In this document: positions 20,534-33,800 of the stretch, piece after piece
How positions within the stretch are numbered: the stretch's first letter is position 1
Layout of the letters: every line of letters begins with the position of its first letter
Assembly (NCBI RefSeq): GCF_009914755.1
Contig: NC_060932.1
DNA: 64,000 nucleotides
Direction: 5' to 3' (one strand)
Source of the DNA: the human T2T-CHM13v2.0 reference genome, Homo sapiens
Made by a program: the position numbers and the translations under genes
The notes under the pieces: generated by a model
What the model saw: the letters and a program-made list of their open reading frames with translations, nothing else
Database searches by the model: none
Told to the model about the DNA's origin: nothing

Positions 20534-22220
20534 CAGTATTATGACCAAGAATTTCGTATATTCCTATCTAAGCAAAGTACAGTGTTAGATGGCTTTAAAG
20601 TCAATTTTAGTAGATGTGATATCTGTCCTCCAGGAATCTTGTGTCTCCACAAGTGATTGTTCCAAAGCTCTTTCCCAAACTAACAACATCCAATATAATC
20701 TCCCCTGAAATTCATTACAAATTAGGATATAGTTTCTTGTTAATAACTTATATTAAATTTTGCCTTTTAAAAAAGTGAAAGTAGATCTAAAAGCGTTGTT
20801 GCATTAAATGTATCTAACAAATGGACAAAGCGGGTGTTGAGAGTTGGAGAGAAGGAAACGTCAGAGGGAGGACATTTAGATATACAAAGAGTCTTGCTCA
20901 GCATTTATAACCTACCCCTGTTACTATGCACTGTATTTCTCCTTTGGTCAGAGACCACTCTAAAGCTGCTATTGTTGCCCAGGGCTTTGTTAAGAGACTG
21001 AAAGGCTGTAGAATCTGAGCAGGCCCGAGGCTATGTATTTTAATTTCACTACTTAAAATTATATATTTATACTTAAATTTCTTATCTACACTAATTTAAG
21101 TAGGTTTATTACTCTAGTGTATGTTACTGTTATCCAGCAACTAAATACACTAATCTTTGATTGAGAAAAGTCATATTACTCTGAGCAATAATTATATTAA
21201 TTTTAGCACAGTGCAAAGTTGTTTTTCTATGCAGAGTAATTAAGCAAAATTCCATAGATTTTCAAAGCTTTCTGTACATAAACGTTTTCCCTTCGCCTCA
21301 GTATTTTTGCTAAATTTTCACACCATGGACTCTAAACTTAAACAAGAACAAAATATTTATTTTCTTCGACCATGGGCAAATTTAAAAGGTAGTTAAAAGT
21401 CATTTACTTTCACATAACCTAAAACAATACTGTTAGCACTGCAGTGACAGAGGCTCATTACGAAGGTCAGTTAAGTAAAAGAGGGCAAAGGCAGCAGGAC
21501 TCAGATGCTAAGAATAAAAACAAAAATAGATCCAATGCAGCATTTTGAGAATGCAGATCAATGAAAACACTTAGAGCACTATTTTCTATATTGTTATGAG
21601 AGACCTTTTCCATTCTAGCATTTCCTCTTTGCTGGTTCTTGGCATTTGCTTTAATAAAACTAATATTTAAGCCACAAATTTGCATTATCTGAAGTAAAAA
21701 GATAATAAACGCCTCAGTTAAAAATAACTTAGCTATCATGGTAAAAGTGAAAACATATGATTAAAGTATAAACGGGGTGGCAAGGGAGAGGCAGCGGCAT
21801 ATTTTATTTGACTATCGATCCAAGAAATAAGGCAGCAGGCAGCAGGTTGTCTTTCCAATCAAAACTACTTTTATAGTAATATAAATGCCCTTGCTTGCTC
21901 AACAGTAAAGGTCTTAAACAACTGAGAGGATGAGATACAGAAAAATTATGATATAAACCATAAAAATGACTAAAATACAAGTGAAAGATGTTATGATTTA
22001 ATGCTATCATTCTAAGTAGACCAACAATCTTACTGCTTATGCTTACGACAGCATAGCAATTAATGAGACAGATATCAAATCAATAATAAAGTAGTAGATA
22101 ATGGCAGATATATTTGCTTAGCTTCATCAGTGAAAAGAAAAATTCAGCATAACAAGATTTTATAAAATCAAGTAAGGAGTTACACAGATATAATCATTCG
22201 GTAGCTCTCTGTCTTCTTAC

Positions 22221-22316
22221 CTGTAAGGACAGCTTTTGCTGAAGGATCTGCCAGGTCCAGGGCTGATTTCCCATCAGTGTTCCGAATGTTTGGGTCAGCT
22301 CCGTGCTGCAGCAGCA
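22221..22316 (-). CDS. TNKS: Tankyrase-1 coding exon 3 (ankyrin repeat), 96 nt, phase 1-1
   Basis: Translates (V)[31 protein letters not shown](G), in frame with the previous exon. Acceptor ttctgctttccctgcacag| at 22317; donor CAG|gtaaga at 22220. Confidence 0.97.
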
Positions 22317-24668
22317 CTGTGCAGGGAAAGCAGAAACAGTATCTTACCTCGGGGATACAGAGATTATTTACTGGTAAGTGTCGTCTCGGCATGGTGTAGG
22401 CATAAACATACATTGCACAAATTTTTTCTCTTTCAAGAAAAAAAAAGAAAAAAAGCAAAAAAGCACTGCAGCAAAGGAGCCTCTCTAGAGTGAAATGAAG
22501 TTGGCAACTTATGGTACAATATTATCACATGACTTAACATCATAAACATGAAACTAGAAAAATCTTGCAATGTAGAGTTTTGGTTTGCCTCCTTCAAGCA
22601 GCAGTATGGGAAGCTATGTGCTCGCTGGCTCACACTGTGAAATATGCTAACTGTGAACCTGCCCTCTCTTTACTACCACTGTGGCTGCTTGTTGCTGTCG
22701 CTGCTTTACTGCTGAATTTCCAAATGCCTCCTCTCCTCAGAATAGTTATAATACTGTGCAAGCCTTTTAGTGGCTCACCACTTGCACATGAAACTCACCA
22801 TAACATACTGGATGGCTTCCAAGAAGTTTAACAGACATAGTAATGTGTGTAACCCTGGTCCCCTGGCGTGGAGCTGCAAAAAGGAACTGCCTCTTATACT
22901 CATTCTTTCCATCAAAAATGTTTAGAAACAGAAACTCAATCACTATAATATATCCTAAGGCATGAATGTAATGCCTGCCATATTGGGTAAAAAGTAGCTA
23001 CTGGGAATTCTTAAATATGGAGGTTCCTACAAAAGAAAAAATCACTGTTTAAGTAAAATCCAGATATATTAATCCAAAGCATTTATCAGCCACATCTGGT
23101 ATGTGGTGTGTATACGTAGGGAGGGTGGAGAGGGCAGGAGAGGAGGAGACTGTTGCTGTAATACTACCCAAACAATGATTAAATCAATGAATGTATTAAA
23201 AAGTTGTTCCAGTAAGTAAAATTCAATTGTAAGTTATGAGGCACTACCGTTGATGAGTCCCAAATTTTCATTCATTCATGACAGTTCCATGCTAAAGCAC
23301 ATACATTCTTTAGCAATATTTGGAAGGTAATACTCACACATTACCAAGCCGTAAGTCCTTCTGTTTACAAAGCTCTTCCTTTTCCTTTAATGTATTAGCC
23401 ATAAAATCAATGGCTTTGTTATAATGGACAAACAACAGCCTTATCCAGAACTAGGACACAGCTGCCAGGAAGGTGAGCCTGTACATCTCATACATTACAT
23501 TTTGGGGAGTTTCAGACTTGGGACAATAAAAACCAGCTATGGCTTGAGAAGATGCAGTGAGATCTTACAAAGCCTTTCTGTGTTATTTCCTATGTGAATG
23601 CAAACAATGAACATTATTGTTTTCCAGATGTTTATAAACTGATTCAAGAGTCAGTAGAATAAAATGGCGAGTGCCACAATATCAAAGTGTAGTTACTCTT
23701 TCATCATAATGGGTACAGCTATTGTAACAACATGTTTTTTTAATACCAGGAAGAAATTCTAACGTGAAGATTTGGCTTATAAAAGGTCTTTATCATAAAG
23801 CAGACTCAAGTATCAAATGCAAGCTGATAACTATCTCTAACTTTATTTAGTTGCTGAGTGATCACATGCAAAGGGGAAGAAAACAGAAGAAATAATAGCT
23901 ACCATGAAAAGCAGAGTTTAACTGCATACTTCAGGAACTGCAGAACCTGCTTTAAACAAGAAGTAAATGAATATTTTTATCTGAGTTTGACAGTTAAATG
24001 ATGGGAGCTTTCATTTTGTAGTTTTTAATGAGTGCTAGAAGTAAAATAGTGAAAGTCTGACTGTTTCTCCAAAGTCACCTAAAACCTCAATCCTTCTTGT
24101 TTTAACCCGTATTTTAACTACTATATGTTGCCCATTTTGCAATAGAAATGTGCCATTACAGTTTAGTTGTAGTTTTGTTGTACTTTAGGTGACATTAAAA
24201 GAAGTAAACATTTACTTGAAATAGATGTTTTCTAAATATGTTTGGGCCATGCCTACCTCTTTAATTAGACCTGAACACAGACACATCTACAGCAAAGTAA
24301 TGTAGCAACAGGAAAGAAGCAGCTGAACTTTCTAAACCAGATGCTGATAACAAAATTCACATTAGAAAATATTTAACCATATTTCATTCATCACATATGA
24401 ATTAAAAATTAAAAACTCAGTAAAGTTAAGACTTTTAGGAGAAGGTATCTAACCCCTCATTAGATCAGCAGGGGTCTAAACTTATCCAGCTTTCATACAA
24501 GATTACAAGATTGCCAGGAGGACTGAATTAGAACATAAAGTGACAAGCAAAGGTGCTGGTCAGGGAGCATGACAATCCCCATCAGCTCACCATAATATTT
24601 AAAGCACATGTTAAAATGTGTACTCTCAACTCTACCAGTGACGACTAATTCCATGCTTTGCTCTAGGG

Positions 24669-25434
24669 CAGGGGTCAGCTAACTCTTTCTGTAGTAGGCC
24701 TGATAGTAAATATTTTAGTCTTTACGGACTATTTGGTCTCTGTCTCAACTGTAGCTGACAATAACACAAGTTTGAACTGCATCAGTCCACATATATGCAG
24801 ATTTTTTTCAGTAAAAGTTACACTGAGTGTGCCTGTCTCTGCCACCCCTGAGACAGCAAGAACAACCACTCCTCACCCTCCTTCTCAGCCCACTCAATGG
24901 GCAGACGATGAGGATGAAGATCTTTATGGAGATCCACTTCCACTTAATGAATAGTAAATACATTTTATCTTCCTTAAAAATGTTTTCTTTTCTCTAGCTT
25001 GCTTTACTATAAGAATACAATATATAATACATATAACATACAAAATAAGTGTTGACTGTTTATGTTATCGAAAAGGCTTCTGGTCAATAGTAGGCTATTA
25101 ATTTTGTGGGAGAAAGTTACATTCGAATTTTAAACTGCACGTTGTTCAACGGTCCTAACCCCTGCATTGTTCAAGGGTCCTCATCCCTCCCTCGACTCTA
25201 CCATTATAGTGTGAAAGCAGCCACAGATAATATTTAAATGAATGAGCATGGCTGCATTCCAATAAAATCTTACTTAAGGACTTTGAAACTTAAATTTTAT
25301 AAAATTTATAAAATATTCTTCTTCTGATTTTTTAAAAAACCATTAAAAATATATAAACAATTCTTAGCTTGCAAGCCATACGAAAACAAGAGATAGGCTG
25401 GGTTTGGCCTACGGACCATTTTGCTGACCCCTGA
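24669..25434. mobile_element. MER58B-like hAT-Charlie MITE, split by a Tigger2-family element
   Basis: TIRs caggggtcagctaa ... tttgctgacccctg; body motif gaatgagcatggctgcattccaataaaa. Confidence 0.8.
24752..25180. mobile_element. Tigger2a/MER28-like element nested in MER58
   Basis: aacacaagtttgaactgcatcagtccacatatatgcagatttttttca ... aacccctgcattgttcaagggtc. Confidence 0.75.
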
Positions 25435-25462
25435 CCCTGGGCAGTGCTATATAAATGTGGTC

Positions 25463-25545
25463 TGTGCTATACAAAGCATATTATACAAAGTTCCATTCCC
25501 AGGTCTATGCTATACAAAGCATATTATATAAAATTCGATTCCCAG
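25463..25545. repeat. 43-bp tandem duplication
   Basis: tgctatacaaagcatattata(c/t)aaa(g/a)ttc(c/g)attcccag occurs twice. Confidence 0.9.
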
Positions 25546-27741
25546 AACTGTTTACAATCCATCTACATTGAGATAAGAACTGAAACTGAAGGTATTTAGA
25601 ACTATGTCTGTTGTTTCAAAATTACCTTCTCCAGTACTTCTTTTTATTTATATTTTACAAAATTATTGATCTGTCATGCATTGGGGAAAAAAGAAAACCC
25701 AGTTCTCTACCATAGACAATTTGAGAAGCACTGAGCCAGGGCACACAAGAAATTCTCTGGGCCTCAGTTCTCATGACTTTTAAAATAAAGGGGCTAAACT
25801 TGATAAGGTGATCTCTACATATTTTAGGAGCGGTCTCAAATCTCTGATAATGCTTTTAAAGTTATAGCCAAAGACCTGAAGCATTACGATCTAAAATATT
25901 CAAAAAATAAAAATAAAAAACAGCTGCTTCAAATAGAATCTCTTCTTCTCCCACCCTCTGAATCAAAATGAAAAAAATAATAACAGAAAGGTTTTCATTT
26001 ATCTTAACTCTTTAAAAAGAACAAACAAAACTAAAAGTTGAGACCAGGAGCACTGAAGGTTATCAGACACATTCTTAAATGTCCCAAACTACAATATTCC
26101 CCAAGCAATTTCTCAAATAGAATTTCATCCTAAAGTGCCTTCAAATCTGATCCTTCACACTGTTCTCTATGGGGATTTATGTGGGACTATTTTCTAATAC
26201 CAGAAGAATGGCACATACATGAGGCAAAGGTAACAATAGTTTTCAAGAATGCCACACTGTACTCAAAGTGGTGTCATCTAAGACTCAATTCTGGATGCTT
26301 CAAAATTTGTTTTCAACATTCTGAGCCATTAAAAAGAAAAATAAAATGTGACTATTAACACAAAATAAAATTAGAAATTTATCTTGTAAAATCAATACGC
26401 ATTGATAGCACACTAATATAAAACAGATTTTTCTGAAAAAGTACCACATTGCTTGATGATACAGTGTCATATTATTTTTAAAAAGTAGCACAAATACCTG
26501 AAGCAAAGTTCCCAAAATACACCAACAATGTACAAAGTAAGGTTTGAAAGAAAAAGAAGGAAACTAAAATCTGAGTAACATTCAGTACATAAATTCAAGG
26601 GTACTATGGCCATTCACAAAGCCCCCTATACTATCTTTAACCACTGGGACATTATTAAACCTCAAATTCCAGAGAGTAAGTGATTTCTAATTGTTTTACT
26701 AATGCGTCTCAGCTCTATTCATCTCCTTTCGAGGTAAGACGGGCGGAGAAAATGTAGCAGCTGGCATAACAAGACAGTTAAAATTAAGGTAGGGTCACAA
26801 AATTCAAACACCATTTTCAAATGAGCTATGTCAAGAAGGACACACGATTTTCCCATTTCTGGTACAGGCATTCAGCCACAGGGAGCCAAATTCAGCAGGT
26901 ATTACTTTAGCTATGTTGTTTCATTTCATCCTTTAAAACTATTCAAGTTAAGCATTTGCATAATTATTGCAAATAAAAACAAAATATTTCTACATTCATA
27001 CAAAGACTCATTCTGTTAAATTCCTAGAAAATTACAAAGTGCTATTATAATAAATTGTGTTTAACTGCAGGCATTATTAACTAATTTTAAAAGACACAAG
27101 ACATAGAAACAATGTGAATTTTCCAAGCTAAAAATGTAGCAAGCTTTTTAGAGTAAATTATCAGAAGATGTTTTAGGAAGTTTTTACTTTAAAATTATAA
27201 GCATCTAATGCTTTAAGAATAAAGAGATATACATTTATTAGACTGAGTTTCAAAAATAGGATTACATAAAGGACCAAGTTCGTTGAATTTTTTAAGCAAA
27301 GAAAATTTTTAATTTTATAGAAAAATATCAAAGGACTAAACTTTCACTACAGTACAGCCTTCAATGTATAAGATTCTTTACCAATACACATGAGCTTTAA
27401 GAGACAAACTATTTTTATAAACTGAAACACGATAGATCCTTGCGTTTATGCACTATTTCTTCTACACAAACATGTATATTAAAATGGTATAATATTATAT
27501 AATGGCATAAACTATGCCATTATATTATACAGTATACATTATATCATATATAGTATGCTACAGTATATATTATACCGTAATAATACAGTATATATATATT
27601 ATAGATTTTTTAAAAACTCTTTTATCTTTTCATCCAAAATACACATTACTTATTATAGCATAAAAGTAGTCAAGCTAATGTATTTTATTTTTCAAATTAT
27701 CTGAAGTTGATTTACCACTAACAGTAACTATGAAAATTCAA

Positions 27742-28084
<343 letters not shown>

Positions 28085-29539
28085 TTACTGAATTTAAATT
28101 AGAATTCAAATGGCACAATTTTCTGTTTTCAGTAACGGCAGAGTAGCTTATTTAAATCTACCCTTAGGCTGTAAACAATGAACAGAACTAGATTTAAAAC
28201 AAAAACAAAAACACAACTTCTAAAATCATCTATGAGCTAACAAGACAGTTAAAGAATTACCAGCTGAAAACTGAAGAGCAAAGGAAATCTAGAGGGTAAA
28301 CGTGTATGGAAGCTGTCATTGTTCTGAAGGCAATTACTGATCAAGAAAAATAAAATCTGTCATTTCAATGTCTCATGGAATCAGGGGAAGAGCAATAAAA
28401 GCCCACAGGCCCCCAAAAGTAAGGACTATTACGAGACTGTTCCCCACACAACAAGGGTGATACCTCAGGATGAGGATAAAATAGATGTGAACTGGTCCTA
28501 GTACAGAATTACAGCTCTGGTTGGAAACTTTGGGTGTCTACGATATCTAAAGCCTAGAATTTGATTTAAGGTGGCCCCAGATTGGCAGTAACTCCTATAA
28601 ATAAACAGTTGGTAAAATGTCCAGTGCACAGCCAAGATAATGAGGCACATAAATAATCTAAAATGCAAAACCTGCAACGAGCAGAAATAGACAACTCAAG
28701 AACAGACCCATAAAAACTTCAGATATCAGAGGTACAAGACATGTATTACAAAAAGAACCATGCTTATTGTGTTTAATAAAATAAAATACAAGCTGAAAGA
28801 TCTAAAAAAGATGAAACTATAAAAAATAATAGGGCAAATGTATAAAAGAATTAAACAGAACTTTTAGAAATAAAAATATAACGAAAAAATTTTAAATAAA
28901 ACTTTAGTTTCCAGCCATAATGGAGTAACTGGTATCAGACTAGCTTTCCCTCTCTGACATAACCGATTATGAAATTGGAGAAAATAGATGAAGCAACTAA
29001 CTGCAGGCAGTAGCCAGCTGCAGTTGTAAACAGTGATCCCTGAAAGAAGAGAAACTCACAAGATGGGTACCATAATCACCCAACTCTCTGCCTAACACAA
29101 TTTGCCAACCACATAAACACAACAAGAGTCAAAGCAGAACATGGTGGTTACACTGAACTGAGAAGACAGAAATCCAAACTCAAGGCAGAAGAATTGGCTG
29201 GAGTCTGCAGGATGGGAAACTAGAGAAGAAGGATCTGTGCAGAGAGCAGGCCCCAGATGTCTGTGAAGGAGTCCCCAGGGATCACATGGCTGGGCTGGGC
29301 TGTACCTGTGCAGGACAAAACCCCTGAGGCTTATTTGGCAATAGCTGCTAGGGACTGAGAGCACAACAAAGTGAGTAGAGGTCGCAAGGTGCTAGAGAAA
29401 GAGCAGTGCTGAAAGAAATTGCAATTCTAGCCTTGAGAAAGTAAAGAGAACCTAAAAAAAAAAATCGCCTTGTTAACACACCTGACGCACCTTAGCATCA
29501 ACGTTAGTTATGAATAAGCAGCATGACCTAGAACAGAGA

Positions 29540-30875
29540 GCCAGGATCTACAAAGTCAAAACTATTTTTATGATAACATTAAGATATTATTCCTTTGTTT
29601 CATTATATTAACATTTGCACTGATGATGCAACAGAGGAAAAAACTACTGATAACACAAGCTGAGCATGGTGTCTCATGCCTATATTCCCAGCACTTTGGG
29701 AGGCTGAGGTGGAAGAATTGCTTAAGCCTAGGAGTTTAAGACCAGCCTGGGCAACATAGGGAGACCTGGACTTTTCAAAAAGTAAAAAAATGAGCCAGGC
29801 GTGATGGCACGCACCTGTGGTCCCAGCTATTCGTGGGGCTCAGGTGGGAGGATCGCTTGAGCCTCAGGAGGTGAAGGCTGCAGTGAGCCATGATCGCACC
29901 ACTGCACTCCAACTTGAATGACAATGTGAAACCCTGTCTTAAAACTAAAATAACACAAATCAAGGCGGTGTCATCAACATCTATTAGTGATTATTACATT
30001 CTTCACTATAAAACATATATGCAGTCAAAAAAAAGGAGTGTTTCACATTAGAATGCCCCTGACAAAGCAGTAAAATTACTGCATTTTATTAAATATTGAC
30101 CATTAGATTTCTTTAAAATATTCTCTGTGAAGAATTAGAAAGTACTTATAAAGGGCTCCCAAATTCATAGACTTTTCTGCTGACATGGATATAAAATAAC
30201 AAATGTAATTATTTTATATAGTATAATACAACATGTTAACAAGTTAGGCCTCACTTAGGAAACGAGTATTTTTGATACGACAAATGGAAATCATTACAAA
30301 ATCATACATAGGTACATAGGCAAAGATGCTTTGCAAGTGTAAGACGACCAGTGGATTGTGATGTTACAGAGTGCAAAAGGTTTTCTGACATGACATGGTT
30401 TCAGATTCCACATTGCAGCTAACCACTAAGAAACTACCATTTGTCCAGTTTGCATGTGGAATCAAAGAAGAATATCCACAATTATTGGAAAGGTTATTGA
30501 TATACTCTTCCCTTTTCTAACTATAAATGTAGATCTTCTTCAGATATTTCAACCCCAAAAAGCCTATCAGAAAAGACTGCATACACAAGCAGAAAAGAGA
30601 ATCCTGCTGTCTTCAATTAAGTCAAATATGAATAACATTTGCATAAATGTAAAATGATTCCACTCTTAGGATTATTTTTTGTTTTGGAAAACAATTTTTC
30701 AAAAAATGTTACTCATGCTAACATGCAGTAAGCTTGCTATTTGCTAAATGAAATAATTTTTTAAACTTCTTTTTTTAATATCTAATACAATATGCATGAC
30801 CCCCATAAAAGCTCTGTGGAACGCTCAATAATTTTTAAGAATGCAAAAAGAGACTAAACATTTGAGAACTTGTCC
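29540..30875. mobile_element. Charlie1/Charlie1a hAT DNA-transposon fossil, interrupted by AluJ
   Basis: aagtcaaaactatttttatgataacattaagat, tttgcactgatgatgcaa, ggtttcagattccacattgcagctaacc, ending aaacatttgagaac. Confidence 0.75.
29658..29950 (+). mobile_element. AluJ
   Basis: J diagnostics (gaggatcgcttgagcc, gaaggctgcagtgagccatgat). Confidence 0.93.
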
Positions 30876-33800
30876 CCTAGAATAAGCCCTAGTCTAGACA
30901 CATAATACTAATAAAGCCCAAAACCGAGGCAAAACAAGGTCTGCAGAAGAGACAATCTTAAAGAAACATGGGAAACACCTTGGGCTTTCCACAGATCTGC
31001 ACTAACAAAGCTTAAAACCAAACCTCCATAAGTTAAGGGTGATTTTAAACCAGCAATAAGGTGATCTGCTAAAACAAGAATAAAAATTCTTCAGAGGAAG
31101 ATAATAAACATCACAGAGTGACTACCATGTCCACTACTGAATAAAAAATTATTAAACATATAGAGAGAAAGAAAAATGTGATCTGGTCAAGAAAAAACAC
31201 TAAAAATCATACCCAGCATATCCCAGATGTGTTAGGGTTAGTTAGCAAAGACCTCAAAGCATCAATTATAAAAAATTTCAAAGACTTAAAGAAAATAAAT
31301 TCCAAGAATTAAAGGAAAGTATGGTCTTAAGAAGTGAAACATAGACATACTCTGATAATCAAGTGGGAAACTGTGGAACTAAAAAGTTGAAGGACTCACA
31401 CTACCTAATTTCAAGATTTATCATAAAGCTCTAGTAATCAAGACAGTGCAGTACTAGAATAAGAATACATATAGATATAATAGGACTTCTGCAATTATTG
31501 GAGTTGCAAGTTAAACTAGCTACTTTGTGTTATGAAGCATAACTTCCAATTGAAAAACTATGTTATTCAGACTTGGGTATGTAAACCAACAGAACAGAAG
31601 ACAGCTCATAAATAAAGCAACATATAGGGAGTCAACTGACTTTTCAACAAAGGAAGCACAGTAATTCAACGGTGGAAAAATAGCCTATTCAACAAATCAT
31701 GCTGAAACAACGGATTCTCTATATAGAAAAGAAAAAAAAAAAAACACAAAATAACTCTTACCGCACACCACACAAACACATTAACTCAAACTGGACTACA
31801 GACTTGACATAAAAGACTTAACATAAAAAAGACTTAATAAAATCTGTTAAAGAAAACATGAAAGAAAAATCTTCATGACCTCGGGATGCAAAGATTTCTT
31901 AGGAGAAAAAGAAACTAAGCCTTAAAAGAAAATACCAATAAACTGTGTTTTATCAAAATTAAGAACTTCTGTTCTTCAAAAGTCACCATTAAGAACATGA
32001 AAAGGCAAAACACAATCTAGAAGAAAATATTTGCAACACATATGTAAGACAAAAAACTCTTCTAGATTAGAGAAAGAACTTCTACAAATCAATCATTAAA
32101 AGGCAAACAATACAACTTGAAAAATGAGCAAGAGACTAGGGCATTTCACAGAAGAAGATATATAAATTACTAGTAAGTCCATGAAAAGATGCTCAACATT
32201 ATTAGTCAACAGAAAAATACAAACTAAAAAGACTGGCAATACCAAGTGTTAATGAGGAGATTCTAAACTGGAACTCTAACACATTACTTGTGGGCATTAC
32301 AAATGAATGGTTTAACCATTTTGGAAATCAGTTTAGCAGTTCCTTATATAGCTAAATATACACTACTGTATGTCCTAGCATACATACTTAGTCTTAAGTA
32401 TTTACTCAAAAGGAAACAAACCAAAAACCCATGTGTCCACACAAAAGACTTGCATGTGAATGATCATATGTTTATTTATAATAGTCAAACATTGAAAAAA
32501 AATCTGAAGCAAACTATAGCTCAGTCATACAACAGAATACTACTCAGCAATAAAAAGAAACAAACTTTCGTTTCATACAACAGGGATGAAATCTCCAAAA
32601 CTTCAAAACATGATGAGCAAAAGAAGCCAGACACACAAGAACATATTTCTAGAAGGGAAAATTAATCTATAATGTCAGAAAATAGATCATTGTTGACTGG
32701 GGATGGCTGACAAGAAGAAAAATTGACTGCAGATGGGCACCAGACAACTTTTTGGAGTAAACAAAACTGTTGTATTATTTTGATTAGAGTGGTAGTTATA
32801 TGGGTATACACATTTGTCAAACCTCATTAAAATGTATACTCAAAATATATTCATTTTATTTCATTACTTCAAACTTGATAAAGTTGATTTTTATGTTATA
32901 CAAAACTAATATTTTAAAAGCTTTATAGAGGGTCTGACTGTGATTAGAAACAGCTAAAGAGAAAATTGCTGAACTGGAAAATATGACAACCAGTATTTCC
33001 AAGACTGAAGTACTGAAGTATACAGAGGAAAAAGAGAGTAGGATGGATAAAAGATGGAAACTAAAAGGCCTAACATGCTGCAATTAGTCTTAGAAGAAAA
33101 GAAAAAATAAAAATAAAAATAAAATATATATATACATACACACATACATATGTATGTATTTACAGAGCTAATGCCACAGATTTTCCTAGAACTAATAGAA
33201 GACCCCAATCTACAGGTTCAAGAAGCACCAACAGGATAAATTCATTAATCATTTAGAAAAAGTTTTTCACATATAAATTAGGAACAACAACTATAAGAAG
33301 GTAGCTAACTCAAGAGAAAGCATGCAAGTTAAGAAATTAATAGTACATAAACTACACTGAAGAAAGAAAATTTTAGTGAGCCTAGCTTAATATACGTTAT
33401 ATATGTTAGGCAGATACTTAATTACAATTCCATTTCCATTGAATTCTATTTAATTCTACTACCAACTTGCAAAAAGCAATTATTTTGCAGCTGTAAAAAC
33501 CCCATATTCCTATTCTTGGAATAGATTGAAGTTTGGTGATATCAATTAAATTATGTTACACTGTTTAAAATATTTTAAATAAATGGCAAGAGTAAAGTAG
33601 ATACACTCAAAGGTTTTGTACATACAGTAGTATATGTACAAAAGGTAATAAAACAGGGATGAAATCTCCAAAACTTCAAAACATGATGAGCTCAATGTAC
33701 AGTGAACATAATATATCTACACTGAGGTAATGTGCCTATAATGCATATATAGTATCCTGCAACTAAGGCATAATCTATGTCTGATTAGCCAAATCAGAGA

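Larger units (their letters stand above)
28150..33250 (+). mobile_element. Composite of old L1M fragments (5'/ORF1-like pieces; ORF2 3' end and 3' UTR at ~31380-32900)
   Basis: L1 motifs such as cactacctaatttcaagatttatcataaagct, catgaaaagatgctcaacattattagtca, gggtatacacatttgtcaaacctcat. Confidence 0.7.

Noticed and set aside
26725-26750. Plus-strand GAG|GTAAGA donor with nearby CpGs as an antisense lncRNA exon
   Set aside because: A single motif with no convincing acceptor or promoter; expected by chance.
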